Assembly: GCA_963693095.2 (NCBI GenBank) | Contig: OY843768.1 | Coordinates: 1,504,001-1,568,000 of the forward strand | Source of the DNA: Cenarchaeum sp. | GTDB lineage: Archaea > Thermoproteota > Nitrososphaeria > Nitrososphaerales > Nitrosopumilaceae | DNA length: 64,000 nt | Direction: 5' to 3' | Shown here: positions 39,145 to 50,600 of the stretch, piece by piece | Layout: the number at the start of each line of letters is the position of its first letter | How positions within the stretch are numbered: the first letter of the stretch is position 1 | Notes under the pieces: generated by a model | The model's input: only the letters and a program-made list of their open reading frames with translations | The model's database searches: none | What the model was told of the DNA's origin: nothing | Made by a program: the position numbers and the translations under genes

Positions 39145-39330
39145 ATGGATCGCTACCACATGATAGTCCTCATATTCATGGCCGGCGGGATGGGCATAGC
39201 GACGTACAGCGCAAATTGGGTCATGTTCTGGGTCATGGTCGCCGGTGCGGTGGGCATTATCCTCTATAGCTCGTACTCGGAGGGTCGCGAGAGGCGGGCC
39301 GAGCGCAGGCGCAAGCGGCGTGGCCTATAG
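39145..39330 (+). CDS. 61-aa two-TM membrane microprotein with a basic tail
   Basis: MDRYHMIVLIFMAGGMGIATYSANWVMFWVMVAGAVGIILYSSYSEGRERRAERRRKRRGL. Confidence 0.7.
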   Translation: MDRYHMIVLIFMAGGMGIATYSANWVMFWVMVAGAVGIILYSSYSEGRERRAERRRKRRGL

Positions 39331-39603
39331 CTCGAGGCCGAATGACTCGGCCATCGAGTGGAACTCGCGATAGAGCTCTAGGTACTGTATGCCCTTTGGC
39401 GTGATCGCAAACGCATGTCGCCCGTCGCTCTCTATCCGGGCCATGAGGCCGGCGCCGGTGAGGTTGGTCGTCAGCCTTCGGAGTCGCGAGTGCGTAATGT
39501 TGGTCTTTTTGAGGAGAAGCGTTGGGGTGATTCCCTCCATGCCGGACTCTTTGGTCGCGTCGAGCATCGCCGCGACGATCTGCGAACTGTTACGATAGGT
39601 CAT
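39325..39603 (-). CDS. Winged-helix transcriptional regulator (HTH_45/ArnR1-like)
   Basis: YRNSSQIVAAML...ITPTLLLKKTNITHSRL...L..AGL...ITPKGIQYLE; TTATATT upstream. Confidence 0.85.
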   Translation of the reverse strand: MTYRNSSQIVAAMLDATKESGMEGITPTLLLKKTNITHSRLRRLTTNLTGAGLMARIESDGRHAFAITPKGIQYLELYREFHSMAESFGLEL

Positions 39604-39657
39604 TGCCAAGCAGGAGGCATGGTACAATATAACGTTATGTGGGGTTTTGCGGCATGG

Positions 39658-39773
39658 CCTGCGATCATTTTGGCCTTGTGGGGAAGATCCATGACCGCCG
39701 GCACGGGGAGGGCAGGTCGGCGAGTCCCTGCGATCACCGGACATCTCGCAGAGGTCCCTGCGATCATTTTGGC
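39658..39773 (+). repeat. Intergenic direct repeats: CCTGCGATCATTTTGGC x2 and core CCTGCGATCA x3
   Basis: 17-mers at 39658 and 39757, core at 39727; further core copies at 38903 and 39046. Confidence 0.85.
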
Positions 39774-39977
39774 TGCGCTCATGGTCGAGCCCCAGGGATC
39801 TAGTGCGGGCGCGGGCGGGGCATGAGTGCGCCCCTGACGGCGCGGCCGGCGCGGGCACGCACCCCACCACAGGCGAGGCACGCAGGCCATCACCACCGTT
39901 CGATCCTGCAAAAGTCGGCGAACCCACTCGCGCACGCGTTTGCGTGTTAATATATGGAATGTCTGCGCAAGGCGGCC

Positions 39978-40550
39978 ATGGTCGCAGAGCGAATCCCATG
40001 GACGAGCGACTTTGTCGGCGTCGCGTACCGCTATTATGACCTGCGCATGAACGTCGCGCCGCTCTTTGAGAACCGCAAGGAGGCCGTCGCCGCATGGCAT
40101 GACACGATACGTTGGTGGATTGATCCGACCATACGCGTCAGGTTCATCGAGGCCGGCGACGTCTATTGGTTTGCCATGGGCGCAGACTCGAAAAAGCCAG
40201 AGCAGAACGCGTCGTTCTTTAGGACGATGCCAATGTCAGAGAACTATGAGAGGTTCAAGCGCGGCTGCGGTGGCGAGGCGTATGTGCGTCTCGGAATGTA
40301 CGAAAAAAAGTCGCTCTCTGAGTCAAAGGACGACGACGTCTGCGAGTGCGGCCACGAGGGCGAGGATCACGAGGGCGACGAGTGTCTCATGGACGACTGC
40401 AAGTGCGAGTCCTTTGAGACCGTGCGAGTCACGCTATTGCACAAGAAAAAGACCGTCGGCGATATCGCGTTCCTTGACGTGGAGGCCGCACGCGAGGACT
40501 CGCTTGCGTGGAACTGTATGTGCGCGCACCGCCTCGGCGGCGCGTCATGA
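39978..40550 (+). CDS. Conserved hypothetical protein with a C-x-C-x-H/H-C-C-x-C zinc-finger-like insert
   Basis: IPWTSDFVGVAYRYYDLRMNV...CECGHEGEDHEGDECLMDDCKCESF; TTAATATAT upstream. Confidence 0.8.
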   Translation: MVAERIPWTSDFVGVAYRYYDLRMNVAPLFENRKEAVAAWHDTIRWWIDPTIRVRFIEAGDVYWFAMGADSKKPEQNASFFRTMPMSENYERFKRGCGGEAYVRLGMYEKKSLSESKDDDVCECGHEGEDHEGDECLMDDCKCESFETVRVTLLHKKKTVGDIAFLDVEAAREDSLAWNCMCAHRLGGAS

Positions 40551-40700
40551 GATGCGCGTGTGCTCGCCCTCATAGTGCTCGCCGATAAGGTACGAATAGC
40601 ACGCGCCGCACAGCGGGCTGCTGAGGTTCCATGACTCCATTGGGGCATAGCGCGGGCTTGCCGGTTTTGAGCACCGTGTGCACTTTTCTTTTCGAGCCAA
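40545..40700 (-). CDS. 51-aa C4 zinc-finger protein
   Basis: TTG start: MARKEKCTRCSKPASPRYAPMESWNLSSPLCGACYSYLIGEHYEGEHTRIS; TTTTATA about 25 nt upstream. Confidence 0.75.
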   Translation of the reverse strand: MARKEKCTRCSKPASPRYAPMESWNLSSPLCGACYSYLIGEHYEGEHTRIS

Positions 40701-40794
40701 GCGTCAGGACGTGCGCGCGCATCGGTATAAAAACGCTGACAGGTGTCCGCACGGCAGCAGAGGGATAAATATGCGGGCAAGGCGGGGCGACCCC

Positions 40795-41616
40795 ATGAAG
40801 CGCGTGGCCCTCGTAACCGGATGCTCCTCGGGCATCGGCCTCGAGTCGGCCCTCGCGCTCGCAAGGGAGGGATACGCCGTGCGGGCAGGCGTTCGCGACG
40901 AGTCCCGTGCCGGCCCGCTCTCCGAGGCGGCGGCTGCCGAGTCCCTCGACGTGCAAACCGTGCGCCTCGACGTCGCCGACGGCGAGTCCGTGCGCGAGGC
41001 CACCGAGTCGGTTCTCAGGGACGCCGGTGCCGTCGACGTCCTAGTCAACAACGCCGGCTATGGCCTCTTTGGGTGCGTCGAGGACATCTCGCTTGATGAC
41101 ATGCGCGCGCAGTTTGAGACCAACTTTTTTGGGGCCGTTGCCCTCATACAGCGCCTCGCGCCGTCGATGCGAGCTCGCAAGGCGGGCCGCATAATCAACA
41201 TCAGCTCCGTGGCCGGCAGGATAGGCTTTCCATGCTCGCCGGCGTACGTGAGCTCAAAGTTTGCCCTAGAGGGCCTGAGCGAATGCATGAGGTACGAGCT
41301 CGGCCCGCACGGCATCGAGACAGTCATCATCGAGCCAGGGGTCATAAAGACGCCGTTCATGGACAACATAGTTGTGCCCGAGTCAGCCGACTCGCCGTAC
41401 GCCGAGATTACGCAAAAGGTCATCAGCGGGATAAAGATGATGGCAAGCCTCGGCACGCCGCCATCCGAGGTCGCGCGCACCGTCGTAAAGGCCGCCACCG
41501 AGGACAACCCGCCGCCGCGCTATGTGGTTGGCAACGACGCGAGCATGTTCCTAGAGACGCGCGCGTCGATGACTGACGCCGAGTTTGAGGAGTATATCAA
41601 AAAAGAGCTCTATTGA
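40795..41616 (+). CDS. Short-chain dehydrogenase/reductase (17beta-HSD-like classical SDR)
   Basis: TGCSSGIG, NNAGYG, TNFFG, SS, YVSSK and IEPG motifs. Confidence 0.93.
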   Translation: MKRVALVTGCSSGIGLESALALAREGYAVRAGVRDESRAGPLSEAAAAESLDVQTVRLDVADGESVREATESVLRDAGAVDVLVNNAGYGLFGCVEDISLDDMRAQFETNFFGAVALIQRLAPSMRARKAGRIINISSVAGRIGFPCSPAYVSSKFALEGLSECMRYELGPHGIETVIIEPGVIKTPFMDNIVVPESADSPYAEITQKVISGIKMMASLGTPPSEVARTVVKAATEDNPPPRYVVGNDASMFLETRASMTDAEFEEYIKKELY

Positions 41617-44600
41617 GACTGCTTGTCTGCCGCACTTCGCAGGAGGTTGAGCAGGTCGACTTCGACTAGTCTGTCAGCTGCGATCTTGCGCTCCTCCTCC
41701 AGTATTCCCTCAAAGAGCTCCGTTCCACGGGCCGGCCCGTGGGGCAGGTACTCTGTTCCCCAGTAGAGCGGCTCGTCGAGCTCGTGCAGGAGCGATGCGA
41801 GGTTGCGCAGCGGCTGGTACGTCCCGTCTACTGCGAGGCGGTACACGCGGTAGTCTGAGTCCAGCATGTACGTGACGTGGCGCACGTCATAGTCGTATAT
41901 GCCATCACCGTCGCCATCAACGTGGCCCGAGATGAGCGGGTAGAGCACGAGGTTGCCGTCGTTGACTGGGATGCCGTGGCGCGCGTTGAGCGACTCGCCA
42001 GTCACGTGCACGCCGTGGTTGAACGTGTTCTGCCACGCGTTGCGCCTGTCATCCCAGACTATCGTCGAGACGACGCTAAACTCAAGTGGCGTGCGGAACG
42101 TGTGGCGTATCATGACGAGGCGGCAGTCAGCATCCGAGCCGGCCATGCACTTTACGGTGTCAACATGGACGTCAAGCGTGTCAGCATCTATGGCGTTGTC
42201 CGGATCGTCGAGGCGAACCGTGTGACCACCGCCATAGGGCATATCGACGTGAATCTCGGCGCGCGACTCGGCAAAGTGCTGCCCGCGCTCCAGGCCAAAG
42301 CCGAGGCCCACGTGGCGCACGTTGCGCGGGCCGGTGTCCTCAAAGACCTTTAGGATCGCGACGTTCTCCTGGCCCGTCTCGACCGTGATTAGCGGGAGCG
42401 GCGTGTGATAGTACTCGGCATCCGTAACGTCCCCATTGTACTCAAAGCCGCCGCTCACGCGCCTCGTGCCCGTGCCATCAACGCCGAGCGTCGGCGGTGT
42501 GCAGTCGCTGCAGCCAGAGACCCTGTTCACTAGGCCCTGCAGGCTTGCGCCAAAGAGCGTGAGGTGGTTTGTCCAGATGACAACGTCAGCGTCATCACGC
42601 ACATAGCACTCGTCGGCCAGTGCCGCCGATGTCGCATCAGCGAGGGTAGGTGCGGTGGTCGCATCAGCATCCCCGTGTCCGGCCTCTGCGCACGTCCGCA
42701 TGCCATGCACGTCCCTCAGCTCGGCGCCGTCGATATAGAATATGTGCGAGGATCTCGATACGCCGTCGATCCTGATCGCAGCCGGACGTGAGAGGAGAAC
42801 CGGCGTCGAGGCGTCCTCCTTGCCGAGGACAACCAGTGTATGGGGCTCGCGCGAGTTTATTGCCGCAGCGACGAGCTCGTTATAGTCAGTCGCGTCTGCA
42901 TCGGCGGCGACTATGGCGCCGACGTACACCGTGGAAGCGGCCCGCTCGGTTAGCCTGGCCACTAGCGTGCCGGCAGTTGCCCCCGCGTCTGTCGGGCCGA
43001 GGTCGCGCAAGATGGTTCCCGAGCGTATCGTGAGCGAGACTCCGCCGACTGTGGCCGTGAGGTCGGCGCCAAACGTGCCGCTGGCATCTGCGACGAGGTC
43101 ATCGGTGAGTAGCGTGATCGGCGCGGGGCGCTCGCCTGGCGCCCTGAATGAGAGCGGGAGCGCTCCGGAGGCCGGTGCGGAGAGGGCGGGGGACTCGAAC
43201 TCGCCGTCATCGTCTATTGCCACCTCTTGTGCGGCGATCGCGTTGCCGGCCACGTCGGTGATTCCGGCGCCGAGCGTGAATGTGTGCGATCCCGCAAGCG
43301 CGAGGGCCGCCACGGCGATCCGGCCCGTCGGTGACGGCCTAATTAGCAGTGGGGCTGACGGATCCGTTGCGGGGTCGGGGCTCGAGTCGGCGCTCGCAGA
43401 CACTGTGCCCGTGCCGGTGACCTCCTCGGAGAAGACGAACTGGAGCGACGTTGATGACACGCGCAGCACGCTCTCTATCGTCGGCTCGTTGACGTCCACG
43501 TCGATTGGCTCGCCGGCAAGGTCGGCCTGCGTGAGTGTTGCGGTGTTGGCCGCGACTGTCGCGTCAGTTAGTACTATGCTGAACTCTAGTGGACCGTCAC
43601 GCGCCCATGTCGGCGGCACGGCGATCGCCCCTGTGGCAGTGGTGTCCGAGTTGCTAAGCGTCATCTCCTGCACCTCGCCGAGCGCGCCGAATGTCGGCGG
43701 GCTTGAGGACGAGGATGGCTCAGAGAGCGTGATCGTTGCGCTGATCGCATCACCAATGCTAGCCGTGCGCATGCCGGTGCCGGACTTTGGCGTGAACGTC
43801 CCGTCAGAGTCGGGATCCTCGACTACTATCACTGTGAGCGTGTCGGCCTCCGGCGGTGCGGCGTCGGCCACGTCTCGCGTTGCGATGCCTCCGGCCAGGC
43901 CGTTGGCCGCCGACGAGACATCGAGTATGTCTGGGGACTCGCCGGCAGGCACGCTGTAGCCGATCGTAGTAGGCACTGCCGCTGTGTCACCTGAACCCCA
44001 ACCTGTGACCGGCGCGTATGACCCGGGCAGCGTGAGCGTTAGCGTGCGGCCGTCTAGCTCGGCTGAGGCAAAGCTCGTGCCGGCGGCAACTGCGGCGTCG
44101 AGCTCGGCCTGTGTGGGAATCATGCCCGCCGAGTCATAGTGGTGCCAGCGCGAGGCGTCTGGCTCCCCGTCAGCGGCCATGACGTCCTCATCAAAGGTCA
44201 CCTCGAGCGTCCTTGATGTCGCCGTGGCCACCGCCGCAAACAGCGGAGCCAGGCCGTCAGATGCGAGAACGGCGCGCGAGGATATCGGCAGGCCGTTAAA
44301 GCCCGAGACTATTGGCGTTGCGCCCTGTGCCGTCGGCGCGGCATATGCCACGCGCGGCGTCGCCCCCGAGTCTGGCGCGTCATACTCGAGGTAGAACGTG
44401 CGCGGTTCGGGATCCTCGCCAGAGCAGATGTCAGCGACATTGACTGACGCTGCGGCCATGAGGCTGCCTCCAGAGGTGCAGCGCACAAGGATCGCGTCGG
44501 CCTGCGCGCCGCCGCTCCCGTCGACCCCCACGCCAATTGTCCACTCACTGGCGACTGTCGTGCCCCTGACGTCATCGCCAAAGACGACCATGATGTGCGT

Positions 44601-47600
44601 GCCCGAGCTGTCCCTCTGCGTTTTAGCCGCGAACGTGATCGTGTCCCTGTACTCGACGCCCGTGATTCTTGCATCGGCCTCGAGCTCGTTGCTTCCTCCG
44701 TCTCGCACGCTTGAGCGCGCGATCTCCACGGTGTGCGCCACGCCGGCCACTGCCGGAGGATTCACGTCGAGGACCACGGTGTCACCCGATCCACGCGTAA
44801 CGTCGGTGACGTCGAGGCCAGAGACTGACCAGCCGGTGCTTTCAAAGCTCACGTCCTCGTCGAATATGACGTGAATGCGCCCCTGCGTCACGAACAGCGC
44901 CGAGAGCACCGTCGGCGCAATGCCGTCACCAGCAGTCACGCTGCGGGTCGGCAGCGCCACGGACGTCTCGTCGGCGGCAACCACGTTGGTGAGGCCGTCG
45001 GAGGGCTCCGTGAACGTCACGACCGGCGTGGCGCCCGGTCCCCAGACGGGGAATGGGTTAACACTGGGATCCTTGTGGCCGACATAGAACGGGGTGGTGA
45101 ACTCGGATGACGCCAGTATCGTGTCATCGAGCCTCTGAGCACTCATCGGATGAGGCTCGTCAGCCACCGCGTTTACGGCCCGACCTGCGCCATCTGGCGT
45201 CACCAGGTCAGATGACGGCACGTCAAGTGTCCACTCGGAGGCCGCCGTCGTGCCCTGGACGGGCTCGCTGAACGTCACGATGACGTGCGAGGCGTTGTAC
45301 GTGCGTGCCGTGAACGTCAGCGGCAGCACGTTTAGCAGTGTGGCTGACACCGAATCGCGCGAGATGGCGTTGCGGGCCACGCCGTCGGGGTTGGCCACGT
45401 CAGTCACACTCGCCGGCAGCGTGAGCGAGTGCGTCGCGCCGGCCCGCGCCCTCTCTACCGTGCCCAGCATGAGCGATGTCGAGCCCTGCGTGTAGTCATG
45501 CCCTATGGCCCCAAGTCTGGGGCTCAGGCTGTTCGGCGGGATCGTCCCTAGCGTGTCACCGTCGATGGGCTCGCTTAGCGTGACTATGATCGTGCGGGAG
45601 CCGTCAAACTCCATAGATTCAAGTCGTGGGGGTATGCGGTCGACTGCCGCGACTGACGTGTCGGCAACGGGATTGCCGGCAACGTCGGCCAGGCCCCCCG
45701 TCGCGCGCGCAGTGAACACGACTGCCGGCCTGACGCTGCCGTCGGCGAGCGCACCGGCCTCTGAGAGGTGCAGCGTGAGCGTCTCACCATTAGTGAGGGA
45801 GAGCTCGCCGGCCTGCGCCGGACCGCCCGAGGAGATGCCAGTCGCCAGGGTGCCGCCGATGCGCCACTCAGACGCCACCGTGGCTCCTGACACGGGGTCG
45901 CTAAATGTCACAGAGATCTCGCGCAGGCCGGATGTCTGTGCCGAGATCGTCGGCACGATGTGGTCGATCGTTGGCGGTACGGTGGACAGTGACCGGTCCG
46001 TTATCGTGCCCGACACGCCACTCACGGCGCCGGTGACTGACATCGCAAAGGTGAACCTGCCGTCTATGTCCGGTGCGGCCGCAGCCGTCTCGACGGTATA
46101 CGTCGCGCGCCACTCGTCGGTGCTGCCAACTTGCGTCATGGTGACTGTGTCAGATGGTGCCGTATCGCCCACAAAGAGGACAGTCGGCGCCATGGAGACA
46201 CCCCCGTCAAGCGTCACTGACAGCCTTATCTGGTCGTCGGCGCGCGCGTATGCGGCCAGGGCACCCTGCCTCGCCGTTGAGCCGTCCTGCTCAAAGACCG
46301 TGTACGATATGGTCGTCGGCGCCACTGAAAAGCCCACGCTAATGTCCCTCGATGCCGCATCTAGGGGGTTCTCGTTCACGTCCTCCACGCTAGCCGGTAT
46401 CGCCACTCTCCACGCCCCCATCGGAAGGGCGCCATCAAGTGTCGCCGAGGCGGTGATGTCACCGTCGTCGTGGAAGAATGTTGGCGCGATCGTCTCGCCG
46501 TTGGGCTGCGTGAGCGTGAGCGTCGGCGTCACGCCGTTGACCGGCTCGCTGAACGTGATTGTGATGGTCTGGCCCGTAAATGCCGCCGTCGCCGTCGGCG
46601 CGACGCCGTCGGCGGTGGGCGTCGAGCTGCCAGACTGCAGGGCGTTGCGGCCGGCGTCGACTATGCCCGTGCCCGTGTACCTCACCGTTGGCGCAAATGA
46701 CGTGTCGTCTATTGTGCCGTACGTGAGCGTCACCGTGTCGCCCGAGACGTCCGCCGAGGAGATCACTGCAGTAGTCGAGCCGGATTCTGCAGACCACGTG
46801 CCGGTGCCCGTGACGTCCTCAGATAGCGTGACGGTGAGCGTTGTGGTGGATGCAGTCTCGGCAGACACGATGGTCGGCGTCGTGGCATCGACTGCCACAC
46901 GCGCCGCCGCGTCACCGTGCGTCAATGCGGAGGCCCCCGCGTTGCCGGCCCTGTCGCGGAACGTGACGCTGAACTCGATCTCGCCGCCCACGTCGCCTGA
47001 GGCGATCGTGCGCACGTACGCGTACGCGTTGGCGCCGACGCCCTCGACGGAGTCGGCATTGACGGTGCTGGCGCCCGTCAGGCCAAAGAGCGCAATGTCA
47101 GCGACCCGCGCGTCGAGCGCCTCGCTGGCCGTGAGCGTCACGCGAACCTCGTCGTCGATGCCGGCCGTGGTGACTGTCGACGAGTCAGACGACGCGTCCT
47201 CGAGCCTCACGCTAGTCGTCACCGTCGCCGTCGGCGCCGTCCTGTCCACGGTTGGCCGGCTGACCATCAGCGTGCCCATGTGGCCAGTCATCGCCGTTAT
47301 CGTGCCGGAGGTTGTGCCGTCAGTGACGTTTATCGTAAAGTCTAGCGATGTCGTCTCTGTCGTCGTGCTCGACACGACGAGGTCATAGCGCCATGTCGTC
47401 GCGTCGTCGTCTCCCCTGTCGGCCATCGATATGCCTGTCGCGCCGGCTATGTCTATGGTCGGCGTGCCGACGGCGTCCTCATTGAGCGTGACGTCCACGC
47501 GAACCGTGTCGTCGATGCCGGCAAAGTCGTCATACAGGCCAGTCTTTGCCGTGTTAGAGCCCGGCGTGCCGTCGTGGACTATGACGGAGAGCTCCGTGGC

Positions 47601-50600
47601 CCGCGGGGCAGTCATGTCGGTCTTTTGCACCGTGATGTCGCTGTCGTCAGTCGCGGGGTTATCATCGGGGTTCAATCGGGGAACGTACGCGTTGGTGTTT
47701 GTGTCAGTGACTAACGGCGAGATGACGACCTTGTACACGCCGTACGAGTCGTCCTCGTCCAGGCGGATCGCGAGCGTCGAGGGCTCAGAGGCCGAGGCGC
47801 CGGCCGTGTAGAGAACCCCGTCCGTGCCGTGATCAGAGTCGAGATCCAGCACGGCCGAGCGCGTCGAGGGCGCGGTAAACCCGCGCACCTCAAAGTTGGC
47901 CGCCACTGCGGTGGTCGCGAGAAGGCCCTCGCTGAACGTCAGCGTTATCGTGCGCATCGTGTCGCTGTGTGACATGGCAGTGACTGTCGGCGCGTCGGCG
48001 TCTACTGCCACGTTCGTGCCCGTCAGGTTGTCCTGCGTGAGCGTCGCCGTGTTGCCCGCAGTGTCGCGCATCGTCAGGCTGAACGTGAGCGTGCCGCTGG
48101 TGTCCGTGTCGAGTATCGTGCGGTCGTACGTGTGCAGGTTGGATCCGCCGTCGGTGACCATGTCGGCGTTCACGCCGGTACGGCCAAAGAACACAATGTC
48201 AGCCGCGTCGGTGACTAGCGTCTCGCTGGCCGTGAGGCGCACGAGGAGATCATCACTGATGGCCGCCACCGTGCCGGCTGCCGCGTCGACGGCCTGCCCC
48301 GCGAGCATCACGGCCACGGTGAGCGACATGGCCGTTGGCCTGACCGTGTCGATCTCGGGCAGCGTGACTGTCGTGCCCTGGGCAGGGTTCGTCGTCGGCG
48401 TCATATCGTAGGGAACGCCGTCATTGTCGGTAACGAGGATCGAGATCTCTAGTGGGCTCTCCGCAGACGTGCTTGCGTGCGAGCTGTCCACGCCGTGGTC
48501 ATGGCGCCACGTCGAGTCGTCGGAATCGCCGGCGTTGCCCATGGGGACTGACGTGGTGTCCCTGCCGGCCAGCGTTATGCGCGGTGGCGTCATCACGTCT
48601 ATGTCGAGATCGAGATCCACCCTGATCGTGTCGCCTATCCCCGCCATGTTGGCATGGGCGCCAGACTTTGATGTCTGCGAGACGGAGTCTAGCACCGTGA
48701 ACGTGAATGACGTGGTCGGAAGAGAGCCATACACCACCTCTTCTGTCAGGTCGACGATGGCAGTGCCGCCTTCATCGGCCAGGGTCGCCGGAAGCGTGAC
48801 GGTGTGGATCAAGCCGATCGGAACTGCAGAGGCCAGCGTTAGCGTGATCGTCTGTGATGCGGCGTCGTACGAGACTGGTCTCACAGGCGGGCTCGCCGAG
48901 GGGTCAGGCGCGGCCAGGGGAATCATGTCGGCATCGCCGTCGGCGTCATCCGGAGTGACGGTGCCGTCTGGCGCGCTCACCGCGTACGTGAGGCCCTCTA
49001 TGGAGGCCCTCGTGCCGCCCAGCGCCTCTGAGAACATTATGGCAATCATGTTGGCAGCAGTGAACTCAGCAGACACGATCGTCGGCGGTGCGCCGTCGGC
49101 GGCCTCGGGGTGCGGGACAGACGTGGAGAGCAGCGGGACGTCCGTGTCAGACGCAAAGGCTGACGCGTCGGCTCCCGTGCTGAGTCGCGCCTCGCGCGAG
49201 CTCGAATGCCTGACCTCGGGCACCGAGGCCGGAGAGGAGAGGGCCTCGTGGACGAGCGTGAGGCGCGGCGGGGAAGGCGCGGCGACACTGGTGTGCGTGT
49301 AGGAGGCCACCGGTTCGGTGGTGCCTGCCCCGACTCCCGTGACGGCCCTCGTGACGTCGGCTCCGTCAACGCGCTCGACGAGGGACCATTCGGACGCCAG
49401 CGTCGAGCCGCTCCAGAGCGCCAGGGATCCGCCGAGGTCGACTGTCGTGCGCGTCGAGGAGACGGTTCGTGCAGTCGAGACGTACATCCCGTCCTCGTAC
49501 GTCGCCGTCGTGGCCGCCGGCGGTACGGCAAACGGGTTGCCGGCGGCGTCCCTCACGTCGCGGAGCTCGACATTGTATTCGTCGCCGTCAGATGCGCTCG
49601 GCACGGTGACGGCGATGGCCCTCGAGTGGGCTGACTGCGCGGCCGCTGCGTCAGCCGCACTGGCGCGCTCTCCAGGCGGTGTCACGCTGGCCGTGGGCAG
49701 GACAGAGACCGGCTCGGAGAACCCCACGAGGACCGTCGTCGGGCCGGCAAAGCGCGCCCCCGTGAGGGCCGGCGCGATGCCGTCGTGGACCGGCACGGGG
49801 CCGGCCGATGCCATCGGCTCGCCGGCGATAGTCACGCCACCTGAGGACGGCGCCGAGTACGACAGGGTTGAGGACGGCGTGCTGTCTTCAAGGAGAGCCG
49901 AGGGGGGCAGGTGGAGCGTGATTGCGCCGGAGGCCGGCACGGTGACAGAGCCGGCCGCAGGTGCCGTGCCTGGAACCGAGACGGACGCAGGCGCGCCGCC
50001 GCCGACGGACCAGTCGGCCGCCGACGTCGTCCCGCCGGCAGCACCGCCGTGCAGCGTGACCTCTACTGTGCCGGGGGCCGTCGCGCGCGCGGTGAAGGGC
50101 AGGTCCGAGACGGTCTGCGCCTCGAGGAGCAGGCCGGCGGAGCCCAGGCGGCCGTCGAGCTTGGCAAAGCCGGCCGGAGCGGGCGGGACGTACTCGACGG
50201 TCAGCGCCGAGGACGACGAGACCGGCGCGTGGGAGAGCGTGACTCGGTAGGCGACGACGACGGCGACGTCTGCCAGGCCACCGGCCGTCGCGTCGGGCGC
50301 CGGTGCGGCGCGGCCGGCGGCGACGCCGACGGCGCGTGCCCTGGGCTCGCCTGTCCCCTCGCCGGAGACGAACCAGTGGCCCGCCCTGGTGGTGCCCGAG
50401 ACCGGCTCGCTCAGGACCACGACTGTCCTGGACCGCCCCTCGCGCTCGACGGAGGCGATGGCCGGCTTTACCGAGACGTTGCCCACCGGGTCGGCCAGGC
50501 CGACCAGCTCGACGTGGTCCGTCGCTGCCAGCGGCGGCGTGGCCGTGAGCGAGAACGCGTAGGAGAATGACCCCGGAGTCGAGGCGCGCGAGGTGCCGGA

